Source of the DNA: a virus
Length of the DNA: 64,000 bases
Direction: 5' to 3' (one strand)
Virus record (IMG/VR): IMGVR_UViG_3300028569_001145
Span: 32,001-96,000 of that record
In this document: positions 15,618-27,051 of the stretch, piece after piece
How positions within the stretch are numbered: position 1 is the first letter of the stretch
Layout: the number at the start of each line of letters is the position of its first letter
The notes under the pieces: generated by a model
What the model was told of the DNA's origin: nothing
What the model saw: the letters and a program-made list of their open reading frames with translations, nothing else
Database searches by the model: none
Made by a program: the position numbers and the translations under genes

Positions 15618-15654
15618 AAGTCTTTAGTTTCTATTTATAAAAAATAGACTTACT

Positions 15655-15990
15655 ATGAGCTTAGATAAGATTATATTCAAGAATAAAAAATTCTCAGACC
15701 TTCTAGAAGAAATATATGATAACCAGAAAAAGAAGGAAAAGCAGATTACTGGCCTGATCGGAGAACTCAGACCACTGGTTCAAGATACCGGAGACGCTAC
15801 CTTGATTGTACCTTTAATCAAAGAGTATTTAGAAATAGGAGTAAAAAATGACGAACAGTTAATTAAAGTAGCTACTATTCTTCAACGAATCTTCCAGAAC
15901 CAAGAATCAGGTGGAGAAGGGTTAGGTATAACAGAAGAAGAAAGAGAACAGTTAATGCAATCAATTGATACCTTAGTTAAAAAAGATTAA
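15655..15990 (+). CDS. Hypothetical late protein
   Basis: TATTTATA upstream; helical. Confidence 0.7.
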   Translation: MSLDKIIFKNKKFSDLLEEIYDNQKKKEKQITGLIGELRPLVQDTGDATLIVPLIKEYLEIGVKNDEQLIKVATILQRIFQNQESGGEGLGITEEEREQLMQSIDTLVKKD

Positions 15991-17225
15991 TGTCAGTACT
16001 TGGTTTTGCAGCTATAAATGATGGAACTAAAGCATCTCTAGCCGGTAATAGCCAGGTATTAGATGCTTTAAAGGCTTCTAAACTTATTGCAACTGGGAGA
16101 GTACTTTCTGTGATCTTAGATGAGACACACCCAAGGTATAAAGAGTTAGGAGGACCTAAAGCTATCGGTGCAGTTGAAATTATAGACATAGCCGGAGGTA
16201 CAGCAGACTATTCTACAACCTCTCAAAATCAAAACTACACAGTAGCTTATCCACTATACCCAGGAGTCAAAAACTATCCATTAATTAATGAGGTTATCTA
16301 CTTAGTTTCACAGCCGAGTAAACAGACTCAAAATAAAACTACAGCATTCTCATTATACTACATTAGTGTAGTTAACCTCTGGAATCATCCACATCATAAC
16401 GCAATACCGTATTCTGCAGGATCAACAACACCTCAGAATTCAAAAAATTACCAAGATGTTGCCGCTGGAAGTGTAAATAAGTTGACAGACTCTTCCGGCA
16501 CTATTAAATTCGGTAATTATTTTAAAGAACGTACGGATATTAACCCGTTAAAGCCTTTTGAAGGAGATCATATACTAGAAGGTAGATTTGGTAATAGTAT
16601 ACGTTTAGGGAGTACCGGAGGCACTAGCCCTTGGTCAACAACCGGGGAACAAGGTAACCCTGTTATGATTTTAAGGAACGGGCAAGGTACTATTGCACCT
16701 GATTCTTGGACCCTACTGCCGGAAGATATCAATCAAGACCTGTCCTCAATTTACCTAACATCAACTCAGAGAATCCCTTTCCTGCCAGCGAGTATAAATT
16801 ACTTTTCGTATAAGCAGAACCCTCCTGAAACTCCAAATCAATTCACAGGAAATCAAATAATACTAACCTCAGGAAGGTTACTCCTCAATGCCTCCGCAGA
16901 CCATCTATTATTAAGCTCAGCTAAAAGTATAAATCTAAGTTCAAACTCATCTGTAAACATAGACACCCAGGAACTAGTGATGCAGACAGGTAATATTTAC
17001 CTAGGTTCTAAATCAGCAAAAGAGCCTTTACTATTAGGAGATACAACTACAGCTCTACTAGATGATTTGATTTCAATAGTAAGCAAACTATTAGAAGCAT
17101 CACTTCAAGCCAATAATGGAGGAGGTCCTATACCTAGTTTAAACAAAGCGGGAGCTGATTTACTAATTAGGTTGCAGAGATTACAAACCTCTGAATTAAA
17201 ATCGAAGTATAATTTTACTGTATAA
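15990..17225 (+). CDS. Baseplate hub/spike protein (gp5-like)
   Basis: OB-fold-like N-terminus (PLINEVIYL), GDHILEGRFGNSIRLGS, beta-rich C-terminus; adjacent to gp25/gp6-like genes. Confidence 0.55.
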   Translation: MSVLGFAAINDGTKASLAGNSQVLDALKASKLIATGRVLSVILDETHPRYKELGGPKAIGAVEIIDIAGGTADYSTTSQNQNYTVAYPLYPGVKNYPLINEVIYLVSQPSKQTQNKTTAFSLYYISVVNLWNHPHHNAIPYSAGSTTPQNSKNYQDVAAGSVNKLTDSSGTIKFGNYFKERTDINPLKPFEGDHILEGRFGNSIRLGSTGGTSPWSTTGEQGNPVMILRNGQGTIAPDSWTLLPEDINQDLSSIYLTSTQRIPFLPASINYFSYKQNPPETPNQFTGNQIILTSGRLLLNASADHLLLSSAKSINLSSNSSVNIDTQELVMQTGNIYLGSKSAKEPLLLGDTTTALLDDLISIVSKLLEASLQANNGGGPIPSLNKAGADLLIRLQRLQTSELKSKYNFTV

Positions 17226-18385
17226 TGACTCCGGAAGAACTAGAAAAACAACGTCAACAAGAACAGGCAAAAAGAGAGCAGTTTAAGAGGCGAATTAAAC
17301 TCGCAACCTCTATCGCTACAGCCGGAGGAGCAATTGCAGTATCTCAAATCAAAGGTTTAGATAAAATAAATCAAACAATAAACGATAAAGTAGCATCCCT
17401 CCAGAGTAAAGCAATAGGCCAGCTATTAGTACTTGCTTCCGATTTAGGAATTGAGGGTTTAGAAACCGGAATACCTACACTACCTAACCTATGCCCCCCT
17501 GCTGCACTCCTAGATAAAGCACTCGCTATTAGAAATAATTTAGGGGATTCTATTAATATAACAGCAGCTTATATCAATACAGTAAACGCATCTTTAAGAA
17601 TAATTTCAGACTTACTTAATGGAACTATCACAACACTAACTGCTTTAAACCTGCTAAAAACAGTAACATCAGTAGGAGTAAAAGTAATACCGCCAGGTGC
17701 AGTACCTGGAGCAGTTACAGCACTTCTAGCAGACTTAGATGATACCAGAACATTACTTACATTTAAAACAGACGGTACTCCAAAACTACCAGAATTAAAA
17801 AGAGCAGTTGAGATAGGATCAACATACATAAATCAAGCAGCTGTTACTCTAAGTACTATTATAACTCTCCTGGATTTTGTAGATCAAATTTTAATTAAGT
17901 GCGGTAAGAATCCAAATAATATAGGAGATCAAATCAATACCTTACTAGCAACTAAAAAAGCAGAAGATACAACATACAAAGGATTTACATTCAGAATAAT
18001 AGAAAAGCCATTCTCCCCCACCGTTTCCCAGAAGATTGGACAAGCTTTAAATAAAGAAGGTATAGTCTTATTGCAGACAGCACCATCCTTTACTCTAGAC
18101 CCCCAAGTTTTAATTGAGGAATTAAAATTAATAATAGATAGGGATAATCTTACTGCAGACCCTTATACACTGAATGATATAAGTCAAAGCATAAATAACC
18201 CACCGCCCCCAACTACTAAACAAACACCTACTAACCCTGCTGTAAATCAAGACGTTACCCCGCTAGGCTATGCTGGAAAGGTAGTAGGTGAAAAAGGGAA
18301 CCTACCGGTAGGCAACGGATCTTTTGAAGAAGTATATCAATGGACTGGAGATAAGTGGGTATACGTAGAAACTATCAGCATTTAA
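17225..18385 (+). CDS. Hypothetical virion-region protein
   Basis: Coupled to upstream gene. Confidence 0.65.
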   Translation: MTPEELEKQRQQEQAKREQFKRRIKLATSIATAGGAIAVSQIKGLDKINQTINDKVASLQSKAIGQLLVLASDLGIEGLETGIPTLPNLCPPAALLDKALAIRNNLGDSINITAAYINTVNASLRIISDLLNGTITTLTALNLLKTVTSVGVKVIPPGAVPGAVTALLADLDDTRTLLTFKTDGTPKLPELKRAVEIGSTYINQAAVTLSTIITLLDFVDQILIKCGKNPNNIGDQINTLLATKKAEDTTYKGFTFRIIEKPFSPTVSQKIGQALNKEGIVLLQTAPSFTLDPQVLIEELKLIIDRDNLTADPYTLNDISQSINNPPPPTTKQTPTNPAVNQDVTPLGYAGKVVGEKGNLPVGNGSFEEVYQWTGDKWVYVETISI

Positions 18386-18397
18386 TATTTATAAACA

Positions 18398-18811
18398 ATG
18401 GACGTTAAAGGACTTAAAAAACTCATTAAGGAAACTGTCAGAGAAGCTATTCAAGAAGAATTAAAGGATATCCTTTTAGAAGCCGTTCGTGCACCTAGGT
18501 TGACATTAGAAGGTACGCCGGTAGGCATCGGCGGATACGGTACTCCTAATCAAACTATGACCGAGACAGTCTTGCATAAAACCGCAACAACCCCTTCATT
18601 AAATACTAGAGAGCAGTATGCCTCTCTACTAAACGGTATGATGGAATCTAGAAACGGTAACCTAAATCTAAATTCAAATAACGCAATGTCGTTCGGAGCC
18701 AGTCAAGAATATAGACCACCAGCAACAATCAACACTGCAGGGGAAGGTTCCTCCTTACCGGCAGGAGAGGTTAACCTAAGCCAGATAATGGGCTTGATGA
18801 CTAAAAAATAA
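18398..18811 (+). CDS. Hypothetical late protein
   Basis: TATTTATA upstream; LKKLIKE..REAIQEE start. Confidence 0.7.
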   Translation: MDVKGLKKLIKETVREAIQEELKDILLEAVRAPRLTLEGTPVGIGGYGTPNQTMTETVLHKTATTPSLNTREQYASLLNGMMESRNGNLNLNSNNAMSFGASQEYRPPATINTAGEGSSLPAGEVNLSQIMGLMTKK

Positions 18812-18815
18812 ATAA

Positions 18816-19229
18816 ATGACCTTCCAAACTAGAAAGATAAATCCTTTAGATATTGACCCTAATACCGGGGTAGGAGTCGGTTTGGAATTTCAAAGTAAAG
18901 GTGTTTTTCAAACAACCTACACCACCCAACAAGCAATCAAGAATAACCTAATCAACTACCTACTAACCGGGCCAGGGGAGAGGTATTTGAATCCCAACTT
19001 TGGATTAGGTTTGCAAAAATACCTCTTTGAACAACTTACCAGTAATACTGAAACTAGCATTGAAGAAGATATTCAGACAGCAGTAAGAGAATATTTTCCA
19101 TCAATTACTATTCAGAATCTAACCATTACACAAAACCCAGATACTTACCAAATTTATATTCAATTAACTTACGTTATAGGCCCTGTAAATTTAGGAGTAC
19201 CAGATACTTTAGAAATAACACTAGGATAA
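18816..19229 (+). CDS. Baseplate wedge protein, gp25-like
   Basis: AIKNNLINYLLTGPGERYLNPNFGLGL. Confidence 0.85.
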   Translation: MTFQTRKINPLDIDPNTGVGVGLEFQSKGVFQTTYTTQQAIKNNLINYLLTGPGERYLNPNFGLGLQKYLFEQLTSNTETSIEEDIQTAVREYFPSITIQNLTITQNPDTYQIYIQLTYVIGPVNLGVPDTLEITLG

Positions 19230-19230
19230 A

Positions 19231-21081
19231 ATGGCTACCAATAAAGATATTAAATATTTAAATAAGGATTTTACTACCCTTAGAAGCCGGTTGATTGATT
19301 ACGCTAAAACGTATTTCCCAACAACCTATAACGACTTTACTCCCGCCTCCCCCGGTATGATGTTTATGGAAATGTCTGCCTACGTAGGAGATGTAATGTC
19401 ATTTTACCTAGACAACCAAATACAGGAAACCTACCTACAGTATGCTCGACAGACTGACAATCTATTTGAATTAGCATATATGTTCGGATACCGTCCCAAA
19501 GTTACTGGGGTCGCTACCGTACCTGTTGACTTCTACCAGCAAGTACCATCAAAACTTTCAGGTTCAGTTTATATACCTGATTTCGATTATACTTTATTAG
19601 TAGCAGAGAATTCAACCATAACTTCTACATCGAATAATACAGTCTCTTTTTTGATCCAAGACAGTGTAGATTTTTCAGTATCATCTTCACAAGACCCAAC
19701 TGAAATTACAATCTATCAAACAGCTGGATCGAATCCGGTCAGCTACTTATTAAAGAAAAGTAGACAAGCAATATCAGCCACCATTAATACAGTAACCTTT
19801 GCCTTCACTACTCCAACACAATTCGATATACGAACTATCACCGGGGATAATATTGTAGGTATTTTAGATATAGTAGATGCTGATGGCAATACCTGGTATG
19901 AGGTAGATTATTTAGGGCAAGATATGGTGTATAAAAAAGTTAAGAACACAAACCCTAACATACCAACTAATTCAGATCCCGATACCGCTTACACCTTAAA
20001 ACTCGAACAAGTACAGAGGAGGTTCACTAGCAGGTTCTTAGACTCAGCAACACTTCAAATTCAATTTGGAGCAGGCACTACAGCAGACTCTGATGAAAAT
20101 ATTGTACCTAATCCAAACAACGTAGGAATAGGCTTACCCTTTGAGCAAAATAAATTAACAACTGCATATTCACCTACTAATTTTATTTTTACAGATACCT
20201 ACGGTATTGCTCCGGCAAACACTACACTAACTGTAAGATACTTAACCGGAGGTGGAGTTCAAGCAAACGTACCTGCCAATGACCTTTTAACATTAGCAGC
20301 AACCGTCAATTACCAAGCAACCAACCTTAATACAAGCACAGCTAATACTTATAGAGCAACTCTAGCAGTTAGTAACCCATTAGCAGCATCAGGAGGAGGT
20401 TCCGGAGATACAATCGAGGATATTCGTCAGAATACTTTAGCAACATTCCCAACACAGTTAAGAACCATAACCCCAGACGACTATTTAATTAGAGCACTAT
20501 CACTACCCTCCAATTACGGTACCGTAGCAAAAGCTTATATTGAACAATCAAAACTAGCTAACCTATTACCTGGAGAGACTCCATCCACTTTAGATCTTTA
20601 CATATTAACTTACGATGTAAATCAAAACCTAGTAACTGCATCTGATACACTAAAACAAAACCTAAGTACGTATTTATCACAATATAGAATGCTAGGAGAC
20701 TCTATTAAAATCAAAGATGGTTTCGTAGTTAATATAGGTATAGATTTTAGCATAACCGTAGATCCTAATTTTAATAGTAGTGAAGTATTATTAAGATGTA
20801 TTCAAGAACTACAAAATTACTTTAAAATAGATAACTGGCAAATTAACCAGCCAATCCTGTTAAAAGATCTTGGAATTCTATTAGACAAAGTAACCGGGGT
20901 ACGTACAGTTAAGACCTTAACTATTAATAATCTAGCTGGAGGATCAATAGGATATTCTAACTACGCTTACGATGTTCAAGGTGCAACCATAGATAACGTA
21001 GTATACCCTTCAATTGATCCAATGATTTTCGAAGTGAAATACCCAAGCACTGATATTAAAGGTAGGGTAGTTTCTCTATAA
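19231..21081 (+). CDS. Baseplate wedge protein, gp6/baseplate-J-like
   Basis: DFTTLRSRLIDY...YNDF...GMMFMEM...LAYMFGY; QLRTITPDDY. Confidence 0.85.
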   Translation: MATNKDIKYLNKDFTTLRSRLIDYAKTYFPTTYNDFTPASPGMMFMEMSAYVGDVMSFYLDNQIQETYLQYARQTDNLFELAYMFGYRPKVTGVATVPVDFYQQVPSKLSGSVYIPDFDYTLLVAENSTITSTSNNTVSFLIQDSVDFSVSSSQDPTEITIYQTAGSNPVSYLLKKSRQAISATINTVTFAFTTPTQFDIRTITGDNIVGILDIVDADGNTWYEVDYLGQDMVYKKVKNTNPNIPTNSDPDTAYTLKLEQVQRRFTSRFLDSATLQIQFGAGTTADSDENIVPNPNNVGIGLPFEQNKLTTAYSPTNFIFTDTYGIAPANTTLTVRYLTGGGVQANVPANDLLTLAATVNYQATNLNTSTANTYRATLAVSNPLAASGGGSGDTIEDIRQNTLATFPTQLRTITPDDYLIRALSLPSNYGTVAKAYIEQSKLANLLPGETPSTLDLYILTYDVNQNLVTASDTLKQNLSTYLSQYRMLGDSIKIKDGFVVNIGIDFSITVDPNFNSSEVLLRCIQELQNYFKIDNWQINQPILLKDLGILLDKVTGVRTVKTLTINNLAGGSIGYSNYAYDVQGATIDNVVYPSIDPMIFEVKYPSTDIKGRVVSL

Positions 21082-21097
21082 TTCATATTTATAACAA

Positions 21098-22198
21098 ATG
21101 GCTGTTTACAAACTCTTTCCTGAAAAAGACGCTACTCTGTATAGCGAGTACCCGGTTATGAATTCCGGTATCGATGAGATAATAGAAGCTACTACAGCAA
21201 CCAATATAGCCGGACAACAAACCACCAGTCGATTTTTAGTTCAATTCAACCAAGCGCAAATTCAAGACGTATTTAGTAGCAAAATTACCGGATCCTATGA
21301 TGCATACTTAAGGTTGTTTATGGCTAAAGTTGAAGGATTGGCACAAGATACTTTAATATACTGCTACCCAGTTTCAGGATCATGGGCTAACGGTACCGGT
21401 AAATACTTAGATAACCCGGCAGTAACCGACGGAGTAAGTTGGACTTACAAAATAACATCAGGTTCTGGAGCATGGGATACAATCTTTTCAGAAGGAAATG
21501 CAACTGGATCTTGGTCCGGAACTAATACAGGAGGGGGTAATTGGTATACTTCAAGTCTTTATGCTCAAAGTGCTTCCTTGCAGTATAGATCAACTTTTGA
21601 CCTTAACTTAGAAGTTACTAATGTAGTTAATGCTTGGAGCGGTAGTATTATCGAGAATAATGGGTTTATAGTTAAACAAGAAAATGCTGCAGAATTTGAC
21701 CCTAGCCGGAATGTTGAATTTAAATATTTTTCAACAGACACTAATACCATATACCCACCACAGTTAGAATTCAGATGGGACGACTATATCTTTAATACCG
21801 GATCATCTACACAAACTATTATAAATACCTCCAATATAGTTGCTACACTGCCCAACAATCCTGGAGTATATCAACCAGATTCTATTCAAAGATTTAGAAT
21901 CAATTGTAGACCTCAATTCCCAACCAGAGTCTTTACTACCTCCTCCCTATATACAACTAATTATTATCTACCAACAGCATCATACTGGGCAATCAAAGAC
22001 CTAGATACTGATGAGTTCGTAGTTGATTTTGACACAGTATATACAAAGGTTTCTGCTGATGCTAACAGCAACTACTTTGATGTGTATATGAATGGGTTAG
22101 AACCTGAGAGATACTATAAGATCCTAATTAAAACTACTATTGACAATAGTGTTAAGATTTTAGATGACGACTACTACTTTAAAATAGTAAACGGGTAA
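21098..22198 (+). CDS. Virion structural protein
   Basis: EKDATLYSE...SRFLVQF...PPQLEFRW beta-rich; baseplate context. Confidence 0.6.
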   Translation: MAVYKLFPEKDATLYSEYPVMNSGIDEIIEATTATNIAGQQTTSRFLVQFNQAQIQDVFSSKITGSYDAYLRLFMAKVEGLAQDTLIYCYPVSGSWANGTGKYLDNPAVTDGVSWTYKITSGSGAWDTIFSEGNATGSWSGTNTGGGNWYTSSLYAQSASLQYRSTFDLNLEVTNVVNAWSGSIIENNGFIVKQENAAEFDPSRNVEFKYFSTDTNTIYPPQLEFRWDDYIFNTGSSTQTIINTSNIVATLPNNPGVYQPDSIQRFRINCRPQFPTRVFTTSSLYTTNYYLPTASYWAIKDLDTDEFVVDFDTVYTKVSADANSNYFDVYMNGLEPERYYKILIKTTIDNSVKILDDDYYFKIVNG

Positions 22199-22551
22199 TG
22201 AGTGAGCAAGTTTCAATATCTAAACAAGTCTTTGAAAGCCGACAATACCGTCAGATTATAGATACGAATTTTACACAACTGACTGTCGGAGATGGAGCCA
22301 CAACAACTACTCCTGCCCCCTTGCCTACTGTTTCTGAATTTTTTGAGTATTATTCGGATTTATTTTTTCAAATACCAAAACAAGGAGAAATTAACTCACA
22401 CGAATACTTAATACAACAGAGTAGTGAGTATGTAGGAGGTCAAGCAGTCAATCAAGATATCCTTGCTCTGCAGCAAGAAATAACAGCTTTAAGAGAAGAG
22501 AACTTGCAATTACAGGAACAATTACTTAACTTATCAAGAACAAATGGATAA
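22198..22551 (+). CDS. Hypothetical structural protein with C-terminal coiled coil
   Basis: Coupled within baseplate operon. Confidence 0.65.
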   Translation: MSEQVSISKQVFESRQYRQIIDTNFTQLTVGDGATTTTPAPLPTVSEFFEYYSDLFFQIPKQGEINSHEYLIQQSSEYVGGQAVNQDILALQQEITALREENLQLQEQLLNLSRTNG

Positions 22552-25500
22552 AACAGTATACATTGAGAACATACCGTCTATTGAACTAGGAGGTCAAACA
22601 TACCAATCCTCAGATACTGCATTAATATCCTCTTTTGATACTGAGAATGCTTTTGACTCTACAGTCAACTATATTGAGTATCACATATACAACGGGAATA
22701 AATTTCTTATTGATACTATTGAGAATCTAGATTCTTATAGGATTTATAACAACCAGGTTTATATAGATCCTGAGCAGGATTTAGAATCTAGGGTATTCCA
22801 ACCAGGGCAATATTATAGCGTCTATAATTTCCTAACCCCGGTACTATCATCAAGCTTTCAAGAAACTTTTTACATCTCAGAAATATCAACAGATAGAACT
22901 GAATTAAGACTTGCAAGCACTGATATACTAGGAGGTGATATTATAGACAGTACAGAAGCACTCAAAACCTTAATAGACTCCTCACCATACTATCAGGATT
23001 TTTATTTAAATTTTGGCAATAATAATTTAGTTATTGCTAACAATATTTTATTAGATGATTCTGATCCGGAGAATATAACTGTTTTAATTAAGCTATACGA
23101 ACCGCTTGCAGATTCGTTTCAATTAAATTCACAGTGTTGGGCTGTTCAAAAGATTGCTGAATCTTTAGCTTATCTTTTCAACGTACAGATGTCTTTTGAT
23201 TCAGTAGATGAATTAATAAGAATTAAAGGACCCAACACAAACATACTAGCTCTAGAATCAGGTAATAAATCTACAGAGATTGTAGCAAGTTCTGATTTAC
23301 TATATACTACTGAGGATAGTCTTAAAAATCAACTGCAGAGTTACTTACAAGAAGCAGGTAGTGATTTAAATATAGACTACTCAGAATATACTAATTTTGT
23401 TTTCTTCTCTAAAGCAGAAACCAGATTAGAGAATTTTTACTATAAACTAGGTTTAATAGAAGAGTATGCATATAGTGCTAGTCTATATACAGACACTACT
23501 AATTTTTACAATTCAGGAAGTTCAACATACTGGGAGAGCAAACTCAAGGAAGTTATAACCAACTTCGATGGATATGAATACTACTTGTATTTTGAATCAG
23601 GATCAACAACCTGGCCAAAATCAAACAGCACACCTCCATACACCAACTACCCGACTACATCCTCACAGGCAGTAGCATGGTTAAACACACAACTAGCAAC
23701 TGCAAGTATTTACGATACTGAGAATAAAGACTCTTTAATAAACTCAGTACCTCTCTATATTAGAGAAAATTCTGACAACCTAAATTACCTACTATTTGTA
23801 GAGATGGCCGGACAGCATTTTGATGATATCTGGCTCTACATTCAAGCAGTTACTGAAAAGTACAACAATATTAATGGAGTAAATAAAGGGCTATCTAAAG
23901 ACTTAGTAGGGATAGCTTTAAGAGATTTTGGAATTAAACTATACCAGAATAACTTTACATCCGATAACTTATACAGTACATATTTGGGAATTACCCCATC
24001 CGGAAGCCTGTTACCGTATACCGGCCAAGAATTAATAAATACCTACGTTACTGCATCAGCAACCGGTTCATTAATACCGGTAAATGACCTTTCTTCTGAG
24101 ATACACAAGAGGTTATATCACAACCTACCCCTATTAGTGAAGAAAAAAGGAACGGCAGCTGGATTGAGGATACTAGCCAATATTTACGGAGTTCCAGCTT
24201 CAATCTTAAGAATCAATGAATTCGGAGGAAAAGATAAAAATACAAATACCTGGGACTATTGGCAGAATACTTTCGACTACAGTTTTAATACTCAAGGTAT
24301 AAATTACTTAACATCTTCTTTTGCTGTAAATACAGCCTGGGGAGCTATTAATAATGTACCTAGTGCTGTTGAATTTAAGTTTAAAACCACAGGACTGCCA
24401 GCAGCTTCTAACTATTCTCAAAGTTTATGGGCCACCGATAAAAACGTGGGGCTAAGGTTAAAATACACCGGTACTGGATTAACCTCTGGATCATATTCAG
24501 GATCTATTGTAGACCCGTACTTCGAATACGGTTACCTAGAATTCTTCCCAGACATTACAGATTTAAATTCAAGTGCTAGTATTTACTTGCCGTTCTTTGA
24601 TGGGGGTTGGTGGTCTGTTTTAGTTAATAAGAACTCTAATAGTGACTATACTCTGTATGTAGGTAATTCATTATATAGCGGCAATGATGGTAATACCTTA
24701 GGGTTTACATCAAACTCAACTGTAAATAAGTTAGGAAACTGGTCAGGAAGTGCTGTATCTTATTTCGGAACATCTTCTTTGAATGCAAGCACATTCTCAG
24801 GATCTTTACAAGAGATTAGGTATTATAAAAATGCACTGAGTCAATCAGTATTTAATGACTTTATAATGAATGGAAGTTCAATTGAAGGCAACGGTATAAA
24901 CTCCGCACCGGATCAATTAATCTTCCGAGCATCTTTAGGAGGTGAGCTTTATACTAGTTCAATTTCAATACACCCTAAAATATCCGGAGAGTGGGTAACT
25001 ACATCTTCATTCGCTTCTGACAGTACTTTTTATTTTAATACAACTCCGGTTTTTACTGCTAATAATTTAATTTCTTTCTACGATCAACCAGTAACAGGTA
25101 TTAAAAACCCAGTTTCTGATAAAATTAATATTCAAGGTAAAACAGTATACGGAAACGTACTTTCTACTTTAACAACCCTACAGCAAAGCTATCCAGCAAG
25201 TTCATCATTTACACGTGACGTAAATTATTTAGAAGTAGGATACTCTCCTCAGAATGAAATCAACGAGGATATTACGGATTCAATTGGGTATTTTAATATC
25301 GGAGACTATATTGGAGATCCAAGGCAATTCTCATCCTCAACATTATCTTACCCTGAGCTAGATTCTTTAAGAGATTCTTATTTTGAAAAGTACAATAAGT
25401 CTTACGACTACCAAGATTATTTCAGGTTAATTAAATTCTACGATAATTCACTGTTTAAGTTAATCAAAGATTTTATACCTGCTAGAACTGCTGCAGCTAC

Positions 25501-27007
25501 TGGTGCTATCGTTAAACAGCATTTACTAGAAAGAAACCGCCAAAGATCTGCTCAAATTACCTACTCAGAACCTTATTATACAGCATCAGTTACTTCGCTA
25601 CCTAGAGACTATGAGACTGGATCTATCGGAGTATTTGATGGAGGGTCTGGAGGATCAGTTAATCAGTGGGTAAACATAAGCCAATCATACACAGCATCAG
25701 TTTTAGGTTTAGCAGGACTGGTAACCTTTATTGAATCCTCCGAGTATGAATTTTATAACGGGCAATATTCAGGATCAAATATTGAGTGTCAATTATCGCA
25801 TTCTATCAACACTACACCGTTGTTAAATAATGTAAGTTCAAGCAGACTTTCAACCGTTTACGAAGATGTTGATTACAATTCAGATGCTTTAAACCCAACT
25901 AACCTACCATTCATACAATCAGGTTCTGCATTCAAAGCAGCTGTACAAGATTCAAATTATGCTTCCGGCAGTGTTTGGAATATACCAAGATATGAAGGAT
26001 CAGAAAATACCGGACAGTACAACTACACTATTAATTTCCCGAGCACATCTATTGCACCAGGCTATCCAATAGATGACTTTTCAGAATACATTGCATACTT
26101 TGATTGGGTTGGAGGATCAGATCCACAGTACCCAGGTGGTGGTAATGTTCACATTATAAGTTTAATTAAAACCGACGGAACAGTAATTGGATTAGATACT
26201 GCAAACAAGAATTTAGATATTGTCGAGAAAATATTCAAAGCAGGTACGTCTCCTACAATATACATACAAACTTATAGTTCAATTGAACCCACTACACCAA
26301 CCACAGTAGTAGAAGGAGGGGCCTTGTACCAAACAATTATGTTCGGTACCGGGAGTGATATTAGAGGTATTTCTGTAGAAAGTAACGGTAACAATAATGC
26401 AGTAAACGTTTTATTTACAACCAGTAGTATAAATACCCTAGTTGATAGTGCATCTATTGCAGGAGGGGATAATGGACTATACGCTCTGCAAACAGGTACA
26501 GCAAGTGTTGGTATCATAGATTTAATAGGAAGTATTTCCGACGGAGTAGGTATCTACAACAACACTCTAGGTAGTATAGCAGGGCAGAACGGAACTAGTT
26601 TATATTTCCCATACAGGGATTCTTTATTTCCTTTAAAGTATGGAGATTTTATTAGATTCGGTACAACAGGCTCATACAGTCAGAATAATATCTACGCACT
26701 CGATGGTACTTTCCAAGCTAGCGGCTTACTCCAAATAAAGCAGATAAATTTAGGACCATCTCCAGTAAGTACTTCAAGCATAGAAGTAACTCCTGTAATC
26801 ACTGGACATATAACAGGGTCTTTACAAACACCGTTCAACGGAAGTTACGTAAACCAGAACTACCGTATCTTTAGAAGAATACCTAATGAAACTTTTATAT
26901 TAATTCAGAATAAACCGGTAAACCCGGGAGCCGGTGTAATAGTACCACATAATTTTAACCCTAATTACGATCCAATACAATTGGCAAGACAAGTTGGTTT
27001 AATTTAA
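22544..27007 (+). CDS. Large baseplate/tail structural protein (1487 aa)
   Basis: LYHNLPLLVKKKGTAAGLR (gp7/P2 gpI-like wedge motif), LamG-like middle. Confidence 0.65.
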   Translation: MDKTVYIENIPSIELGGQTYQSSDTALISSFDTENAFDSTVNYIEYHIYNGNKFLIDTIENLDSYRIYNNQVYIDPEQDLESRVFQPGQYYSVYNFLTPVLSSSFQETFYISEISTDRTELRLASTDILGGDIIDSTEALKTLIDSSPYYQDFYLNFGNNNLVIANNILLDDSDPENITVLIKLYEPLADSFQLNSQCWAVQKIAESLAYLFNVQMSFDSVDELIRIKGPNTNILALESGNKSTEIVASSDLLYTTEDSLKNQLQSYLQEAGSDLNIDYSEYTNFVFFSKAETRLENFYYKLGLIEEYAYSASLYTDTTNFYNSGSSTYWESKLKEVITNFDGYEYYLYFESGSTTWPKSNSTPPYTNYPTTSSQAVAWLNTQLATASIYDTENKDSLINSVPLYIRENSDNLNYLLFVEMAGQHFDDIWLYIQAVTEKYNNINGVNKGLSKDLVGIALRDFGIKLYQNNFTSDNLYSTYLGITPSGSLLPYTGQELINTYVTASATGSLIPVNDLSSEIHKRLYHNLPLLVKKKGTAAGLRILANIYGVPASILRINEFGGKDKNTNTWDYWQNTFDYSFNTQGINYLTSSFAVNTAWGAINNVPSAVEFKFKTTGLPAASNYSQSLWATDKNVGLRLKYTGTGLTSGSYSGSIVDPYFEYGYLEFFPDITDLNSSASIYLPFFDGGWWSVLVNKNSNSDYTLYVGNSLYSGNDGNTLGFTSNSTVNKLGNWSGSAVSYFGTSSLNASTFSGSLQEIRYYKNALSQSVFNDFIMNGSSIEGNGINSAPDQLIFRASLGGELYTSSISIHPKISGEWVTTSSFASDSTFYFNTTPVFTANNLISFYDQPVTGIKNPVSDKINIQGKTVYGNVLSTLTTLQQSYPASSSFTRDVNYLEVGYSPQNEINEDITDSIGYFNIGDYIGDPRQFSSSTLSYPELDSLRDSYFEKYNKSYDYQDYFRLIKFYDNSLFKLIKDFIPARTAAATGAIVKQHLLERNRQRSAQITYSEPYYTASVTSLPRDYETGSIGVFDGGSGGSVNQWVNISQSYTASVLGLAGLVTFIESSEYEFYNGQYSGSNIECQLSHSINTTPLLNNVSSSRLSTVYEDVDYNSDALNPTNLPFIQSGSAFKAAVQDSNYASGSVWNIPRYEGSENTGQYNYTINFPSTSIAPGYPIDDFSEYIAYFDWVGGSDPQYPGGGNVHIISLIKTDGTVIGLDTANKNLDIVEKIFKAGTSPTIYIQTYSSIEPTTPTTVVEGGALYQTIMFGTGSDIRGISVESNGNNNAVNVLFTTSSINTLVDSASIAGGDNGLYALQTGTASVGIIDLIGSISDGVGIYNNTLGSIAGQNGTSLYFPYRDSLFPLKYGDFIRFGTTGSYSQNNIYALDGTFQASGLLQIKQINLGPSPVSTSSIEVTPVITGHITGSLQTPFNGSYVNQNYRIFRRIPNETFILIQNKPVNPGAGVIVPHNFNPNYDPIQLARQVGLI

Positions 27008-27051
27008 CAAAATAACTATATTTATAACATATAACTAATTAATTAAAAACA

